From contig CP128821.1 of assembly GCA_051546255.1 (NCBI GenBank), forward strand, positions 1-64,000: a DNA stretch of 64,000 nt, read 5' to 3'. The notes beneath the pieces are model-generated. The model did no database searches. It saw only the letters and a list, made by a program, of their open reading frames with translations, and had not been told where the DNA came from. Shown here one piece after another: positions 40,236 to 50,170 of this stretch. Position numbers and translations under genes: made by a program. The stretch is from Meyerozyma guilliermondii. Its lineage: Eukaryota. Positions within the stretch are counted from its first letter, which is position 1; each line of letters begins with the position of its first letter.

Positions 40236-42572
40236 ATGCAAATGGCAAAAAGATTCCACATAGAGAGTGATATCGAGAACGGTTACGTATGCGAAGTTCC
40301 AAATTGTCGAAAAACATTTTCAAGACCAGATCGTCTTGCTCGACATCGCTTGAACCATGAGACGGTCCCCAGACACAGGTGTTCGTGGCCTGATTGTGGA
40401 AAAACGTTTGTCAGAAACGACGTCTATAAAAAACACTATCGTCGTCAGCACGAGAACAAGACAGAACCATCTCAAGATTCATATAAAATAACGAAACCTG
40501 CCACGGAAAAATCGCTCAAGTTCATTATCATGGACGAGTCCAATCTACCCAAGAGTGTGAAGGGTTCGAGTCCCATACCTGAACCGCAATTGAGTGACAA
40601 AGAGAGTCCCGCTATGGTGAGCACCAACGATGAAAATTACAAAACCAACTATAAAATTCAAGAGAGTTATAAGCCTGAAAACGAAACTTTGCTCGAAAAC
40701 GACCCTTTTGGGTTTGATATGGACGAATTGGTGTCGTCTGACGAGTTGATAAGATGGCTTTTTGGAGGCATTGAGTCCAAGAATTCCGAGCCTTCGTCCA
40801 TCAATACATGCTTGAGCTTGTCACCCAACGAGAGCTTGGAGAACTTTCCTGAACTCGAGGATCCTCGCTCAATTACTGTAAATGACATTTTCAACGAATA
40901 CAAGCAAACAGACCCAGACATTCCCGATTTTCCATTCAGTAGCAACCAGGTTTTGATCGACAATTCTATTATGGAGACATTGGAAGATGTACTACCGCCC
41001 ATAAAATTTCAAGAAGAGTTCAAAAGGGACAGACTACAATACTTTTTGGAAAATTATTGGAAGTATTATCATCCTCAATTTCCAATCTTGAACAAACCTT
41101 CGTTTTCCACAAAAAAGAGCCATCCAATCTTACTCTTATCTATGTTGACCATAGGTGCTTATCTTTCCAGCACGTTACAGCAGGATAAATCAAGGATTTT
41201 TTCCGATAGCATTGCTCTGCCTCTTAGGTGGGACATTTACAAGTCGAAGGAGTTTAAACCACCTCCTAAACTCTGGGTAGTTCAATCTTTGGTTTTGTTG
41301 GAAACTTATGAAATATGCTGTTCCTCGAGAGATTTACACGAGAGAGCCAACCTCCACCGAGGATTATCAATACAAATGCTAAAACGAAGTCCCATGTTTG
41401 GAGGTAATCCTTGGTTCAAGTACAATTCTAGTGGAAACTCAACAACCATTTCTCCATATGCTAGCAAAGAACTTTGGTACAAGTGGATTGAAGAAGAGTC
41501 CATGAAACGCTGTGCTTTGGCTACTTTCTACTTGGAAACGCTCCATGCTGTTGTATTTGGCCATGACATGATTATTGATCTACATGATGTCAAGCCAACG
41601 TTGCCTTGTAACGAAGATTTTTGGAGAAGTGGAAAATACTCTGAAAAATGCTTGCAAACACCGTTGACGTTGTTGGCTGCGATCAAGAGCATTTTACACA
41701 AGAAACCAGTCAAAACTCGAGGTTTTGGCAAAAAGATCATTCTTTCAGGTCTCATCGCTTTATCTTTTGAAGTTAAAGACAGAGAGTTTGAACTATCCAT
41801 TCCAGAACTAAAGTCGATTAAACAATTATGGCAACGAAAGATTAGCGAAGCTTTTAAATTTTGGGATTTGCATTGCTCAGTATCTTCGAAAAATAACCAG
41901 GGCTCATGGATAGATTCCTATTCCATACCTTTGCGAGAGTTGTACGAAAGTTATACTCATATGAAACATTACGATTTTATGGTTTATGCTGGAGCTCCAG
42001 GAAGAATGAATGTTGAATTTAGTGAAAAGGAAACCGAGCTTGTTAGTTCTCGAGTGGTTGAGTGGGCGGAAAATATGCACGGCAAGAGAGCAATTGTGTT
42101 CATATATTCCTATCTCTTCAATTTGGTTTCTGATGCTACTTATAAACCAAAGGAAGACCGATGTCTTTATCGAAAGCAGATTATTAGTCATATGTTGGTG
42201 ATACTTTGGTGCTACACTTTCCACACTTGTGGTCCCGAGTCCCATGCCTTCAAATGGAACTATACCAACCCCGATTTGATCACTAGTAAGGAAGAAGGCC
42301 ACATCTACTTGAATCGAGTAGTTGAAGAGTTTACATTACTTTCAGGAAAACCGTTCAATGGAGACAATTTTTACAATGACATTGAAGATTTTGCAAAAGT
42401 GTTGAATTCTATATCTGCGAAGGAAAATATCGTTGGTCTACTTCGAATGTTCAAGGCAGAATACTCCACAGATTTGTCGGAAATAGCTCGAGAGCATTCA
42501 CGTCTATTGGAAAACTGTATTAACAGGAGTTTGGGCTCAGATAATGTTTTTTGCAGCAACATGTTTGAGTAG
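40236..42572 (+). CDS. C2H2 zinc-finger transcription factor with fungal TF middle domain
   Basis: Two fingers, CEVPNC-FSRPDRLARHRLNH and CSWPDC-FVRNDVYKKHYRRQH. Also YWKYYHPQFPIL, WIEEESMKR and LPC-EDFW. Confidence 0.87.
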   Translation: MQMAKRFHIESDIENGYVCEVPNCRKTFSRPDRLARHRLNHETVPRHRCSWPDCGKTFVRNDVYKKHYRRQHENKTEPSQDSYKITKPATEKSLKFIIMDESNLPKSVKGSSPIPEPQLSDKESPAMVSTNDENYKTNYKIQESYKPENETLLENDPFGFDMDELVSSDELIRWLFGGIESKNSEPSSINTCLSLSPNESLENFPELEDPRSITVNDIFNEYKQTDPDIPDFPFSSNQVLIDNSIMETLEDVLPPIKFQEEFKRDRLQYFLENYWKYYHPQFPILNKPSFSTKKSHPILLLSMLTIGAYLSSTLQQDKSRIFSDSIALPLRWDIYKSKEFKPPPKLWVVQSLVLLETYEICCSSRDLHERANLHRGLSIQMLKRSPMFGGNPWFKYNSSGNSTTISPYASKELWYKWIEEESMKRCALATFYLETLHAVVFGHDMIIDLHDVKPTLPCNEDFWRSGKYSEKCLQTPLTLLAAIKSILHKKPVKTRGFGKKIILSGLIALSFEVKDREFELSIPELKSIKQLWQRKISEAFKFWDLHCSVSSKNNQGSWIDSYSIPLRELYESYTHMKHYDFMVYAGAPGRMNVEFSEKETELVSSRVVEWAENMHGKRAIVFIYSYLFNLVSDATYKPKEDRCLYRKQIISHMLVILWCYTFHTCGPESHAFKWNYTNPDLITSKEEGHIYLNRVVEEFTLLSGKPFNGDNFYNDIEDFAKVLNSISAKENIVGLLRMFKAEYSTDLSEIAREHSRLLENCINRSLGSDNVFCSNMFE

Positions 42573-42573
42573 T

Positions 42574-43326
42574 TTACCATGGAAGTTCGGTTCCATCGTA
42601 GCTCAAAAACTTGCCTGTAACACTCAAATTTTCGAAAAGTTTGCACAATGCACTGGCACTTTCATCGGGTGTGATTTTGGATTCTGGAGTAAAGAAATTT
42701 TTGGCATTGGCTTCATCAGCAGCAAGAAATGCTTTCTCACCGCCTTTACCCATATCAGTACTTACATGCCCAGGATGAACCGCAGCCACAATAAAATTTT
42801 CAGGCTCCAACTGTCTCGCCAACTCTTTTGTGGAGTAGTTGAGAGCAGCCTTAGACTGTCCATAGGCTGAAAAATTAAGACGAATATCCAAGTTTAACGA
42901 GCCGCAATCAGAAGATATGAAAATTACTTTCTTTTGTGTTCCTTTTTTTATCAAAGGGTACAATTCCTGGAATAAGCGAATGGACCCTAAAACATTGGTG
43001 TGGAAATGCTCTACCCACTGTTCTCTTGGAGTGTCTAAGAGATTGCCAAAAGATTTTGCAACTGCTGCATTTGAGACAAACACATCGATCGAGTCAGTAT
43101 ATTGTAAAACATTTTTTGCAGCTTTTTTGATACTCTCTTCGTCACTGACATCCAATTGAACAACCTTGACTTGCAGATTAGCTTTGGCCAACTCATTTAA
43201 AGCCGTTGCCGAAGTTGGGTCTCTGGCGGTTGCAATTATTTTTACCCCAGATTTCGCAGCCAATTGCTGCACCATAGAAAAACCAATCCCACGATTGGCG
43301 CCTGAAATAAAGTACGTTTGTTCCAT
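42574..43326 (-). CDS. Short-chain dehydrogenase/reductase (CsgA/C-factor/YKL071W-like)
   Basis: Motifs SGANRGIG, QLDVSD, YGQSK (YxxxK), VHPGHVSTDMG and YDGTELPW. Confidence 0.9.
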   Translation of the reverse strand: MEQTYFISGANRGIGFSMVQQLAAKSGVKIIATARDPTSATALNELAKANLQVKVVQLDVSDEESIKKAAKNVLQYTDSIDVFVSNAAVAKSFGNLLDTPREQWVEHFHTNVLGSIRLFQELYPLIKKGTQKKVIFISSDCGSLNLDIRLNFSAYGQSKAALNYSTKELARQLEPENFIVAAVHPGHVSTDMGKGGEKAFLAADEANAKNFFTPESKITPDESASALCKLFENLSVTGKFLSYDGTELPW

Positions 43327-43545
43327 GAGGGGAATAGATGACTAGGTTTAGGATAGGGAAGCTGAATTTTGATTGAAGAACTTTATACCGAAGGTTGCAA
43401 TGTAATCACCGAATTAGGAAATGCCTAATCGGTATAAGCTGAGTAAAGGTTGCAAAATTTTAGTCAAGAAAGGTTAGAAGAAGCTCGGAGAAAGGTCAAG
43501 AGATTATGATTACAAAGACAGCAAGACACTAGTACATTCAATCAT

Positions 43546-44301
43546 CTACCATGGGAGTTCGGACTTGTCGTAACTCAAAAATTTACCACTAGACTCAGCA
43601 GACAAACCTCCGAACAAGTCAATCAAACTTTCAGCACTTTGGTCTGGAGTAATGACTTCACTCAGCGAGAAGAAGTCAGCAGCACTTGGGTCCTCAGCAA
43701 TTAAAAGTCTACCGGCATCGTTACCCATATCGGTACCAACTACACCAGGATGAACCGCAACGACAATAAAGTCGTCCTTCCGCAATTCCTTAGCCAAGTC
43801 CCTAACAGAGTAGTTAAGAGCTGCCTTCGACTGTCCATAAGCTGAGAAGTTGACTGGAAGAGTCAAACCTAGCGACGAAACCAAAGTGGAAATGAAGATA
43901 ACCTTCTTATCATTTCCCTTCTTGATAAGTGGGTAGATCTCTTGCAACAAAAGAATTGGTCCCACGACATTGGTAATGTAATGGTTCGTCCATTGCTCCT
44001 TGGGAGTCCTCAAAACAGGAGTAAAAGCCTGGCCAATAGCTCCGTTGTTAACAAATACGTCAATTGAATGGGTCAATTTTGCAACCTCTGCACCGGCCGT
44101 TTTAATGCTGTGCTCATCGCTCACATCCAATTGAACAAGCTTGACATTAGAATTGAGCTTTACCAACTCTTGCAATTCTTTAGCGCTAGCAGGGTTTCTG
44201 GCTGTTACAATAACTTCAACATCGGGTTTCGCAGCCAATTGCTTGACCATAGAAAGGCCAATACCACGGTTAGCTCCAGTAATAAAATAAGTCTTTGTCA
44301 T
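43546..44301 (-). CDS. Short-chain dehydrogenase/reductase, tandem paralog of 42574-43326
   Basis: Motifs TGANRGIG, NNGA, YGQSKAALNYS, VHPGVVGTDMG and ELPW. Confidence 0.9.
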   Translation of the reverse strand: MTKTYFITGANRGIGLSMVKQLAAKPDVEVIVTARNPASAKELQELVKLNSNVKLVQLDVSDEHSIKTAGAEVAKLTHSIDVFVNNGAIGQAFTPVLRTPKEQWTNHYITNVVGPILLLQEIYPLIKKGNDKKVIFISTLVSSLGLTLPVNFSAYGQSKAALNYSVRDLAKELRKDDFIVVAVHPGVVGTDMGNDAGRLLIAEDPSAADFFSLSEVITPDQSAESLIDLFGGLSAESSGKFLSYDKSELPW

Positions 44302-44946
44302 TTTGTTTGTAAGTGTATTTCAGTTTCTGATGATCAATCGACCGCTGGGTGCCTTTTATACCATAATCTGATTTGAAATCATCACTAATCGTGCCGTTCG
44401 TCTGTCAGCAAACTGGTGCATCGCGGCCGAATTTTTCCTGCGTCTGCTATCGCACTTACAAATACACCAGTGATAGGATACACGGCTGAGAAACCTGCGA
44501 ATGCCCACCGATAAGTTTCAGAGCAAGAATTACAATTGAATAGTTAGCTGTGTATGCTTTATTCTCTCAATTGAGGTTAAGCTTTACATTAAAGTAGCGT
44601 ACGAACATGCAGAGTATCGTGAAAATATGTCAAAATCGGCTGAAGATTTTGGAAAATTTTCAATATGTTACTATACCCTCAAGTGAATGGGCTTATCAAC
44701 AATACTTGAGCACCCGAATGCCTTAAGCAAAGACTTCCAAGGATTTTTGTAGATACACCGGCATATGAAAAGGTCAAGGTTGAAGCATTTGTGCTTCATT
44801 GTGAATCTTGTATTCATAGGCTCTTTCACTGCCTCGGGAATTTGTTGTTTTCTTCGTGCTCAGATGCAATATATCTCTTCGTGGTATTCCATTGCGATTG
44901 TGCTTTCTCATAATCTTTCAACAGAAACGAGTTCAATGGGTGCAAA

Positions 44947-46644
44947 TTAATCAAAATCATCGTCAACCTCGTGCAAATTTTTTGGTGGTTCCATATTCCA
45001 ATGCTGCTTTTTTGCAGTCAGTTCACAGTACTCTGCCACCTTGGATGTCGAGCATCTTCCCAAAAGAGCATTTTCCTTTTTTCTTTCGTCAGTTTCAACA
45101 TTACGGCCATTATTCAAGACGTTGAGAACATGCTTCATCATCCCATTGACATGAATTATTTTGTTCGTTCTGTCGGCTTCAGAGAACACTATCCCCATCC
45201 GTTCTTCGTCTCCCACATCCCAGTACGATATACTGTTCGGTATCAATACACTCTTTCCATCATCGCAAATCGACTTCGAAGGATTCCATGGTTCTGTTCG
45301 TATGTTGAAGTCGACGAGAGAACTGATATAGTCCATGGCATAGTCGTTTTCTCCCTTGGATATAATAAATAAGTGTGGTCGGTATATCTCGCCAAGACAC
45401 CCACACTGGGAAGAATGTGAACGTGCTATACCAAACCAGTACATTCGATTTTGGAGAGATTCAGGTAAAACTTCTGAGGGAATAGGTACCAAGTTAGTTC
45501 CACCTCTCAAAGAACCCACATGTTCTTTTGAATCTTCTCCGAACTCAGGGCCTGCTAGTTTGTCGCATATCCCCTTATCAAGGCTGCATCCGATGATTCT
45601 CAATGGGTTAAAGTTGTACACGAAAAACACCTTTTTGGGATCATTTTTGTCGAAAAAAGGTGCCCAGTTTTTCTCTCTGAATTCTGGTGCTCTGTCTCGA
45701 AGCGAAAGTCGAACAGTTTTCCCATCACTTAATGGCCGACACATGTGCATTGCACGGAACCATTTAATCTTTGTGCTTCTCATGTTGAAAATAACTACCG
45801 GTTCCTGTTGGAGTTCTCCATCTTTGTAAAACTCACGTACCGATACTCGAGGATCCTCGGGACCCATAAGTGCAAGTCTATGCTTGGCGGTGTTGGGAGA
45901 CTGGTCAATGTCAACCTTGAGAATCGATGGGAACGCAGTATCTGAATCTCCAAGCTTGACATCAAACTGTTCAACCCAGTTCTTGTCGAACACTTGCATG
46001 TATATCATGTTGATGGTGGGCTTGTTTCTGGTTCCTCGATGGGTATACAATACCCTACTGACCATGAAATGTACCTGGTACTTTTCAAGCCATACGCTGC
46101 TTCCGCAAAAATGAAACCATTTATGAGCCAAGATGGATTTTTCGTCTTCTCCTTCCTTGTCGAGAAAACAGTTTTCTGCGATGGGATAATCATCCTGAGC
46201 AATTCGAGAAAGTTCGTCTCTGATTCTTTTCAACGAACTACTGAACGGTGTTGGTTCGGTCACAAACAACGTATCTGTGAATTTGACCGAATCACACTGG
46301 AAATCTTTGATTTGTTTGGGAGAGTTGGCTTCTGCAAACGAGTATCCAGTAACATTGAAAGATGTCAATTTGGCATGAAGAACACTATAGTTTGCTATGG
46401 TATCACTGGAATGAAAAGACTCGGAAAACCGGTACCAAAGTTGCAAATTAAGACAAACGATCAACGCTGCTATAACCACCGTCAACAATTGACTCTTGCT
46501 CTTCACAACCTGTTTTTCTCGTGTGACCAAATGCCACACTCGAAAGTAGAAAAAGAAGAAAGCACTGCAGAGAGATAGCAACACGATGAGTACGCCGTAC
46601 TGCAACACATCGGCGCCCCACGTGTCGAGATCTATACTAGTCAT
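44947..46644 (-). CDS. Beta-1,2-mannosyltransferase (BMT family)
   Basis: N-terminal TM segments. Motifs FCGSSVWL, GPEDPR, EKNWAPF, LRGGT, CGC-YRP and SVLIPNSISYW. Likely ATG at 46644. Confidence 0.85.
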   Translation of the reverse strand: MTSIDLDTWGADVLQYGVLIVLLSLCSAFFFFYFRVWHLVTREKQVVKSKSQLLTVVIAALIVCLNLQLWYRFSESFHSSDTIANYSVLHAKLTSFNVTGYSFAEANSPKQIKDFQCDSVKFTDTLFVTEPTPFSSSLKRIRDELSRIAQDDYPIAENCFLDKEGEDEKSILAHKWFHFCGSSVWLEKYQVHFMVSRVLYTHRGTRNKPTINMIYMQVFDKNWVEQFDVKLGDSDTAFPSILKVDIDQSPNTAKHRLALMGPEDPRVSVREFYKDGELQQEPVVIFNMRSTKIKWFRAMHMCRPLSDGKTVRLSLRDRAPEFREKNWAPFFDKNDPKKVFFVYNFNPLRIIGCSLDKGICDKLAGPEFGEDSKEHVGSLRGGTNLVPIPSEVLPESLQNRMYWFGIARSHSSQCGCLGEIYRPHLFIISKGENDYAMDYISSLVDFNIRTEPWNPSKSICDDGKSVLIPNSISYWDVGDEERMGIVFSEADRTNKIIHVNGMMKHVLNVLNNGRNVETDERKKENALLGRCSTSKVAEYCELTAKKQHWNMEPPKNLHEVDDDFD

Positions 46645-47065
46645 CGAGCGGAACAACGAAGAGAAACTCTGGCTACAGAAACTTTTGGCTACATGAATTT
46701 GCGCACCACGTGCCGGTTTTTTGCAATTTGCTTTGAGCTGGCAAGCCGCACATGCGTGCATTATCAACAGTTGCTGCACAGCCCGACGAGATATATAATG
46801 AGGTTGAGACACACAAATATTGCTTTGTGGGCTTGTGAGTGATATTCAGTTTTTCAGCTTGGACGGTCAAATCACCGTAAACAGTCACATTCGAGCTGGC
46901 CAAAAATAACCCGCCAAAAATAACTGGGCGCCTAAGCCTCCTGAGGCGGTGCTTCTTTGGGACGCCTCCCGTGCATGGTCCGGCATACACTCGCATATTT
47001 TTTGACACATTATCATGCGCGTTCATGCAATACGCAGATCTATTCGTATGTATTTATTTAGTCTC

Positions 47066-48748
47066 TCAAACCCTTTCGGCTTCGTCCACCTCAGGTTTGG
47101 TGTGACGCGCGTAGCCGGTGGAGGTGGCCATCTCGTCCTGAGAAGGAGGAACCCAGCCAGAGGATTTCCATGCAGGCATTTTTTGGGCATAAAGCTCATC
47201 GACTTCTTCCAAAGACAAGCCCTTGGTTTCGTAGACGAAAAAGTAGACGTAGAAAAACGAGAAAATCAAACATCCAGTGAACACGAATCCGTAGTAGAAG
47301 TGGATGGCAGAAGTAATGAAAGGACTGAAAAACGAGATCAAAAATCCCCAAATCCAATTGGCTGCGGTGGCTACCGACATAGCCTTGGATCTAATTCTTA
47401 ATGGGTAAATTTCCGAAATGATGGAGTAGACACCACCAGCCCATGTAGATGCAAAGAAGAAAATGAACAAACAAGTGATGAAAATCATGGCGTTACCAGA
47501 TGACTTGTATGTGTCGTTAGGATTGTCATAACCACTTCTGTACAAGTGAACAGAACCCAATACCGAGTAGATGATGAAACAGATAGTCATCCACACGGAA
47601 CCTATCAACAAGCACATTCTTCTACCCAATCTTTCAATGGCATAGATTCCAACAAAAGTGGATGCAAAATTCACTATACCAAGAACAATTGATGTTTGGA
47701 AAGAATCGGCCATTCCAACAGCTTTGAAAATGGTGGTTCCATAGTAAAAAAAGTAATTGTTACCGGTGAGTTGTTGCATGGACTGAAGGACCACTCCAGT
47801 AAGAACTCTTTCGAAAATTCTGGGCTTACCAAACAACAATTGAGTCCAAGAAGCAGAACCCGCCAATCTTTCTCTCTCGATACCAGCATGGATCAATTGC
47901 ACTTCGGTGTAGATTGCGGGATCGTCGACATGGACCTTGTTGGACTTGGCAAGCGACTTTTTGGCTTCGTCAATTTTGTTCTTTTCAATCAAGTACCGAG
48001 GTGACTCAGGCATAGCAAGCATTCCACCCACCAAAAGAGCAGCCCAAGCGAAACACAATCCCAATGGAATTCTCCACTGACGAGCATCATCATACTGCTT
48101 TGTTCCGTAGGTGGTACAGTAACCCAAGAAAATACCCATGGTAATAAACAATTGGAAACTGCAAACCAAGGTTCCTCTCAACATTTTTGGAGCAGTTTCA
48201 CCAATGAAAAGTGGTGATAACACCGAAACACACCCCACGGCAAGTCCAGCAATGGCTCTTCCAATGACAATTTGGTACCATTTGGTGGTTGAAGTAATCT
48301 GAACAATAATTCCAATGACATAAATAATCATAGAAAACATCAATCCCATTCTTCTTCCAGCAACATCGGCAATCTTGGACAAGAAAATACCACCAATAGC
48401 ACATCCAGCGTTGAAAATAGCCACAATGACTCCGGTTCTAGTATCGGTAAAACCATAGGTTCCATCACTTTGAAGTGTACCAAACCGACGCTTATAGTCG
48501 GTCATATTGACAAACCCGGAGATGGTTCCGGTGTCGAAACCGAACACGAATCCACCGAATGCAACAAGAATACAAAAAAGAGAGATGGAAATGTAATCTT
48601 TCAAGGATTTTTCCGGTAAAGTTGGTTGCTCTGCGGTGATATCTTTGGTGGTGGGGATATCAGAAGGGCTCTGGGGAGTTTCCATAGACTTTTTGCCATC
48701 TAGGTTGTCTTCCGACACCCTTGGAGTAACCTGCTCATTCGACGACAT
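47066..48748 (-). CDS. MGT05196: HXT-family hexose/xylose transporter
   Basis: Motifs GGFVFG, QQLTGNNYFFYYG and PESPR. By my count YFFYY is at 332-336, with N360 and F432, matching the numbering I recall for M. guilliermondii Mgt05196. Confidence 0.85.
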   Translation of the reverse strand: MSSNEQVTPRVSEDNLDGKKSMETPQSPSDIPTTKDITAEQPTLPEKSLKDYISISLFCILVAFGGFVFGFDTGTISGFVNMTDYKRRFGTLQSDGTYGFTDTRTGVIVAIFNAGCAIGGIFLSKIADVAGRRMGLMFSMIIYVIGIIVQITSTTKWYQIVIGRAIAGLAVGCVSVLSPLFIGETAPKMLRGTLVCSFQLFITMGIFLGYCTTYGTKQYDDARQWRIPLGLCFAWAALLVGGMLAMPESPRYLIEKNKIDEAKKSLAKSNKVHVDDPAIYTEVQLIHAGIERERLAGSASWTQLLFGKPRIFERVLTGVVLQSMQQLTGNNYFFYYGTTIFKAVGMADSFQTSIVLGIVNFASTFVGIYAIERLGRRMCLLIGSVWMTICFIIYSVLGSVHLYRSGYDNPNDTYKSSGNAMIFITCLFIFFFASTWAGGVYSIISEIYPLRIRSKAMSVATAANWIWGFLISFFSPFITSAIHFYYGFVFTGCLIFSFFYVYFFVYETKGLSLEEVDELYAQKMPAWKSSGWVPPSQDEMATSTGYARHTKPEVDEAERV

Positions 48749-48907
48749 GATGATGAAAAAAAGCTGGTTGAAATGTTTTATAAATTTGCAATTTCGGAAA
48801 AACTATACAAAGCAACCCCTGCACGATGACGCAATCGGGCCTCGGAGGCCGGAAAATTTCTCTTGGTTCCCCACATGCAGGAATCGGCATTACTTTTTCT
48901 CCGGCCA
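48749..48907 (-). promoter_or_regulatory. Compact 159-bp promoter with three Rgt1-type CGGANNA sites and a TATA element
   Basis: CGGAAAA at 48795 and 48850; TTCTCCG at 48897; tttata at 48777. Confidence 0.55.
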
Positions 48908-49978
48908 TTACCAATCATCGGGAGCGTACCGAAGTCCGCTTTCCTTTCTTATGTCATCCATGATATTCATAACAAGCATAGTTTCGTCATGGGGCATGAC
49001 GTCACTCTCAATGCGACCGTTAGTAATGTCTTCAAAACATGCATTGGCCTCGTAAATAAAACCTTTGTAGCCACTTGTATCTTCATATTCGATCGGATCA
49101 TTTCCGTCTTTAAATGTCACTTTGAACTTTTTGGGACACGCAGGGTTCTCGCTGAACATTTCCAAGTATCCCTTTGTGCCATCGAGGCGCAAGTATGGTT
49201 CAGGTCTTGGCACATGGTTTGAGCATGTAAGCACGGCCTGTTTACCATTTTCGTATTTGACAAGCATAGACGAAGTGAAGTCGACTTTATCTTTTGGATC
49301 GATGGTTTGGAACGATTTCAAATCGAATTTGGTAGCATTTTTGCCAAGTTTATTATCCAATAAGATTCTGGTATAAGTGAGATTATACACACCAATATCC
49401 AAAAGAGCTCCACCTCCGAGCTCATTGCTTCTAATTCTCGAGGTTTCTGGTAAATTTGCCAAATCCGCATCGAAGGAAAAGTCCATAACAAGCCGATTGA
49501 TATCTCCCAATGCTTTTTTTTCAAAAATGAGCTCTTTGAGTTTCGCAATCGATGGAAAAAACCGGGTCCATACTCCCTCCAACAAATACAAGTTTTTCTC
49601 TTTGGCCAAGTCGATCAATTCCTGAGCATCTTTGGCATTGAGGGTGAAAGGCTTCTCACAAAGAATGTGTTTGCCATGATTCAAGCCTTTGGTCACTTGT
49701 TCCTTATGCAAAGGATGTGGAGTTCCAATGTATATAATGTCCACATCTGGGTTTGCGTACAACTCGTCGTACAGCTGGACTTGTGGGGTTACTCCGTGGT
49801 TATTTTCGGTGGTTATTTTGTTTTTTTTTATGAACTCTTCACCTCTCGATTTTGATGAAGAACCGATACTTTTCACGATATGCTTGACCTTTTCATTTCT
49901 TTCGTTGTTCAAGCACAAGTCATGGACAAACAGTCCTGAGATGTTCCCTGCACCAAGAATAGCCCAATTGAGTGACAT
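48908..49978 (-). CDS. Gfo/Idh/MocA oxidoreductase (dimeric dihydrodiol dehydrogenase / D-xylose 1-dehydrogenase-like)
   Basis: Motifs WAILGAGNIS, DIIYIGTPH, HILCEKP, EGVWTRFFP and GGGALLDIGVY. Confidence 0.88.
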   Translation of the reverse strand: MSLNWAILGAGNISGLFVHDLCLNNERNEKVKHIVKSIGSSSKSRGEEFIKKNKITTENNHGVTPQVQLYDELYANPDVDIIYIGTPHPLHKEQVTKGLNHGKHILCEKPFTLNAKDAQELIDLAKEKNLYLLEGVWTRFFPSIAKLKELIFEKKALGDINRLVMDFSFDADLANLPETSRIRSNELGGGALLDIGVYNLTYTRILLDNKLGKNATKFDLKSFQTIDPKDKVDFTSSMLVKYENGKQAVLTCSNHVPRPEPYLRLDGTKGYLEMFSENPACPKKFKVTFKDGNDPIEYEDTSGYKGFIYEANACFEDITNGRIESDVMPHDETMLVMNIMDDIRKESGLRYAPDDW

Positions 49979-50170
49979 GGTAACAAAATGAAAAAGTTGT
50001 CGATAATTATTCAGCTCTTATGCCCCCACTTGACTCCCCCCACTTTGGGCCCCCGCACACGCAATTTTAATCTTCGCGCGGAATGCAACGCCATGTTGCA
50101 TCGCACAATCAGCCTTTTTGTGGGGTGCATCAAGTATATATGATAACGAACCGGCGCTTTTTCTTGCTCA

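Noticed and set aside
46645..46812. Cys-rich N-terminal extension of the BMT ORF
   Set aside because: It begins at a GTG and overlaps promoter-like sequence; the ATG at 46644 directly precedes the TM segments.
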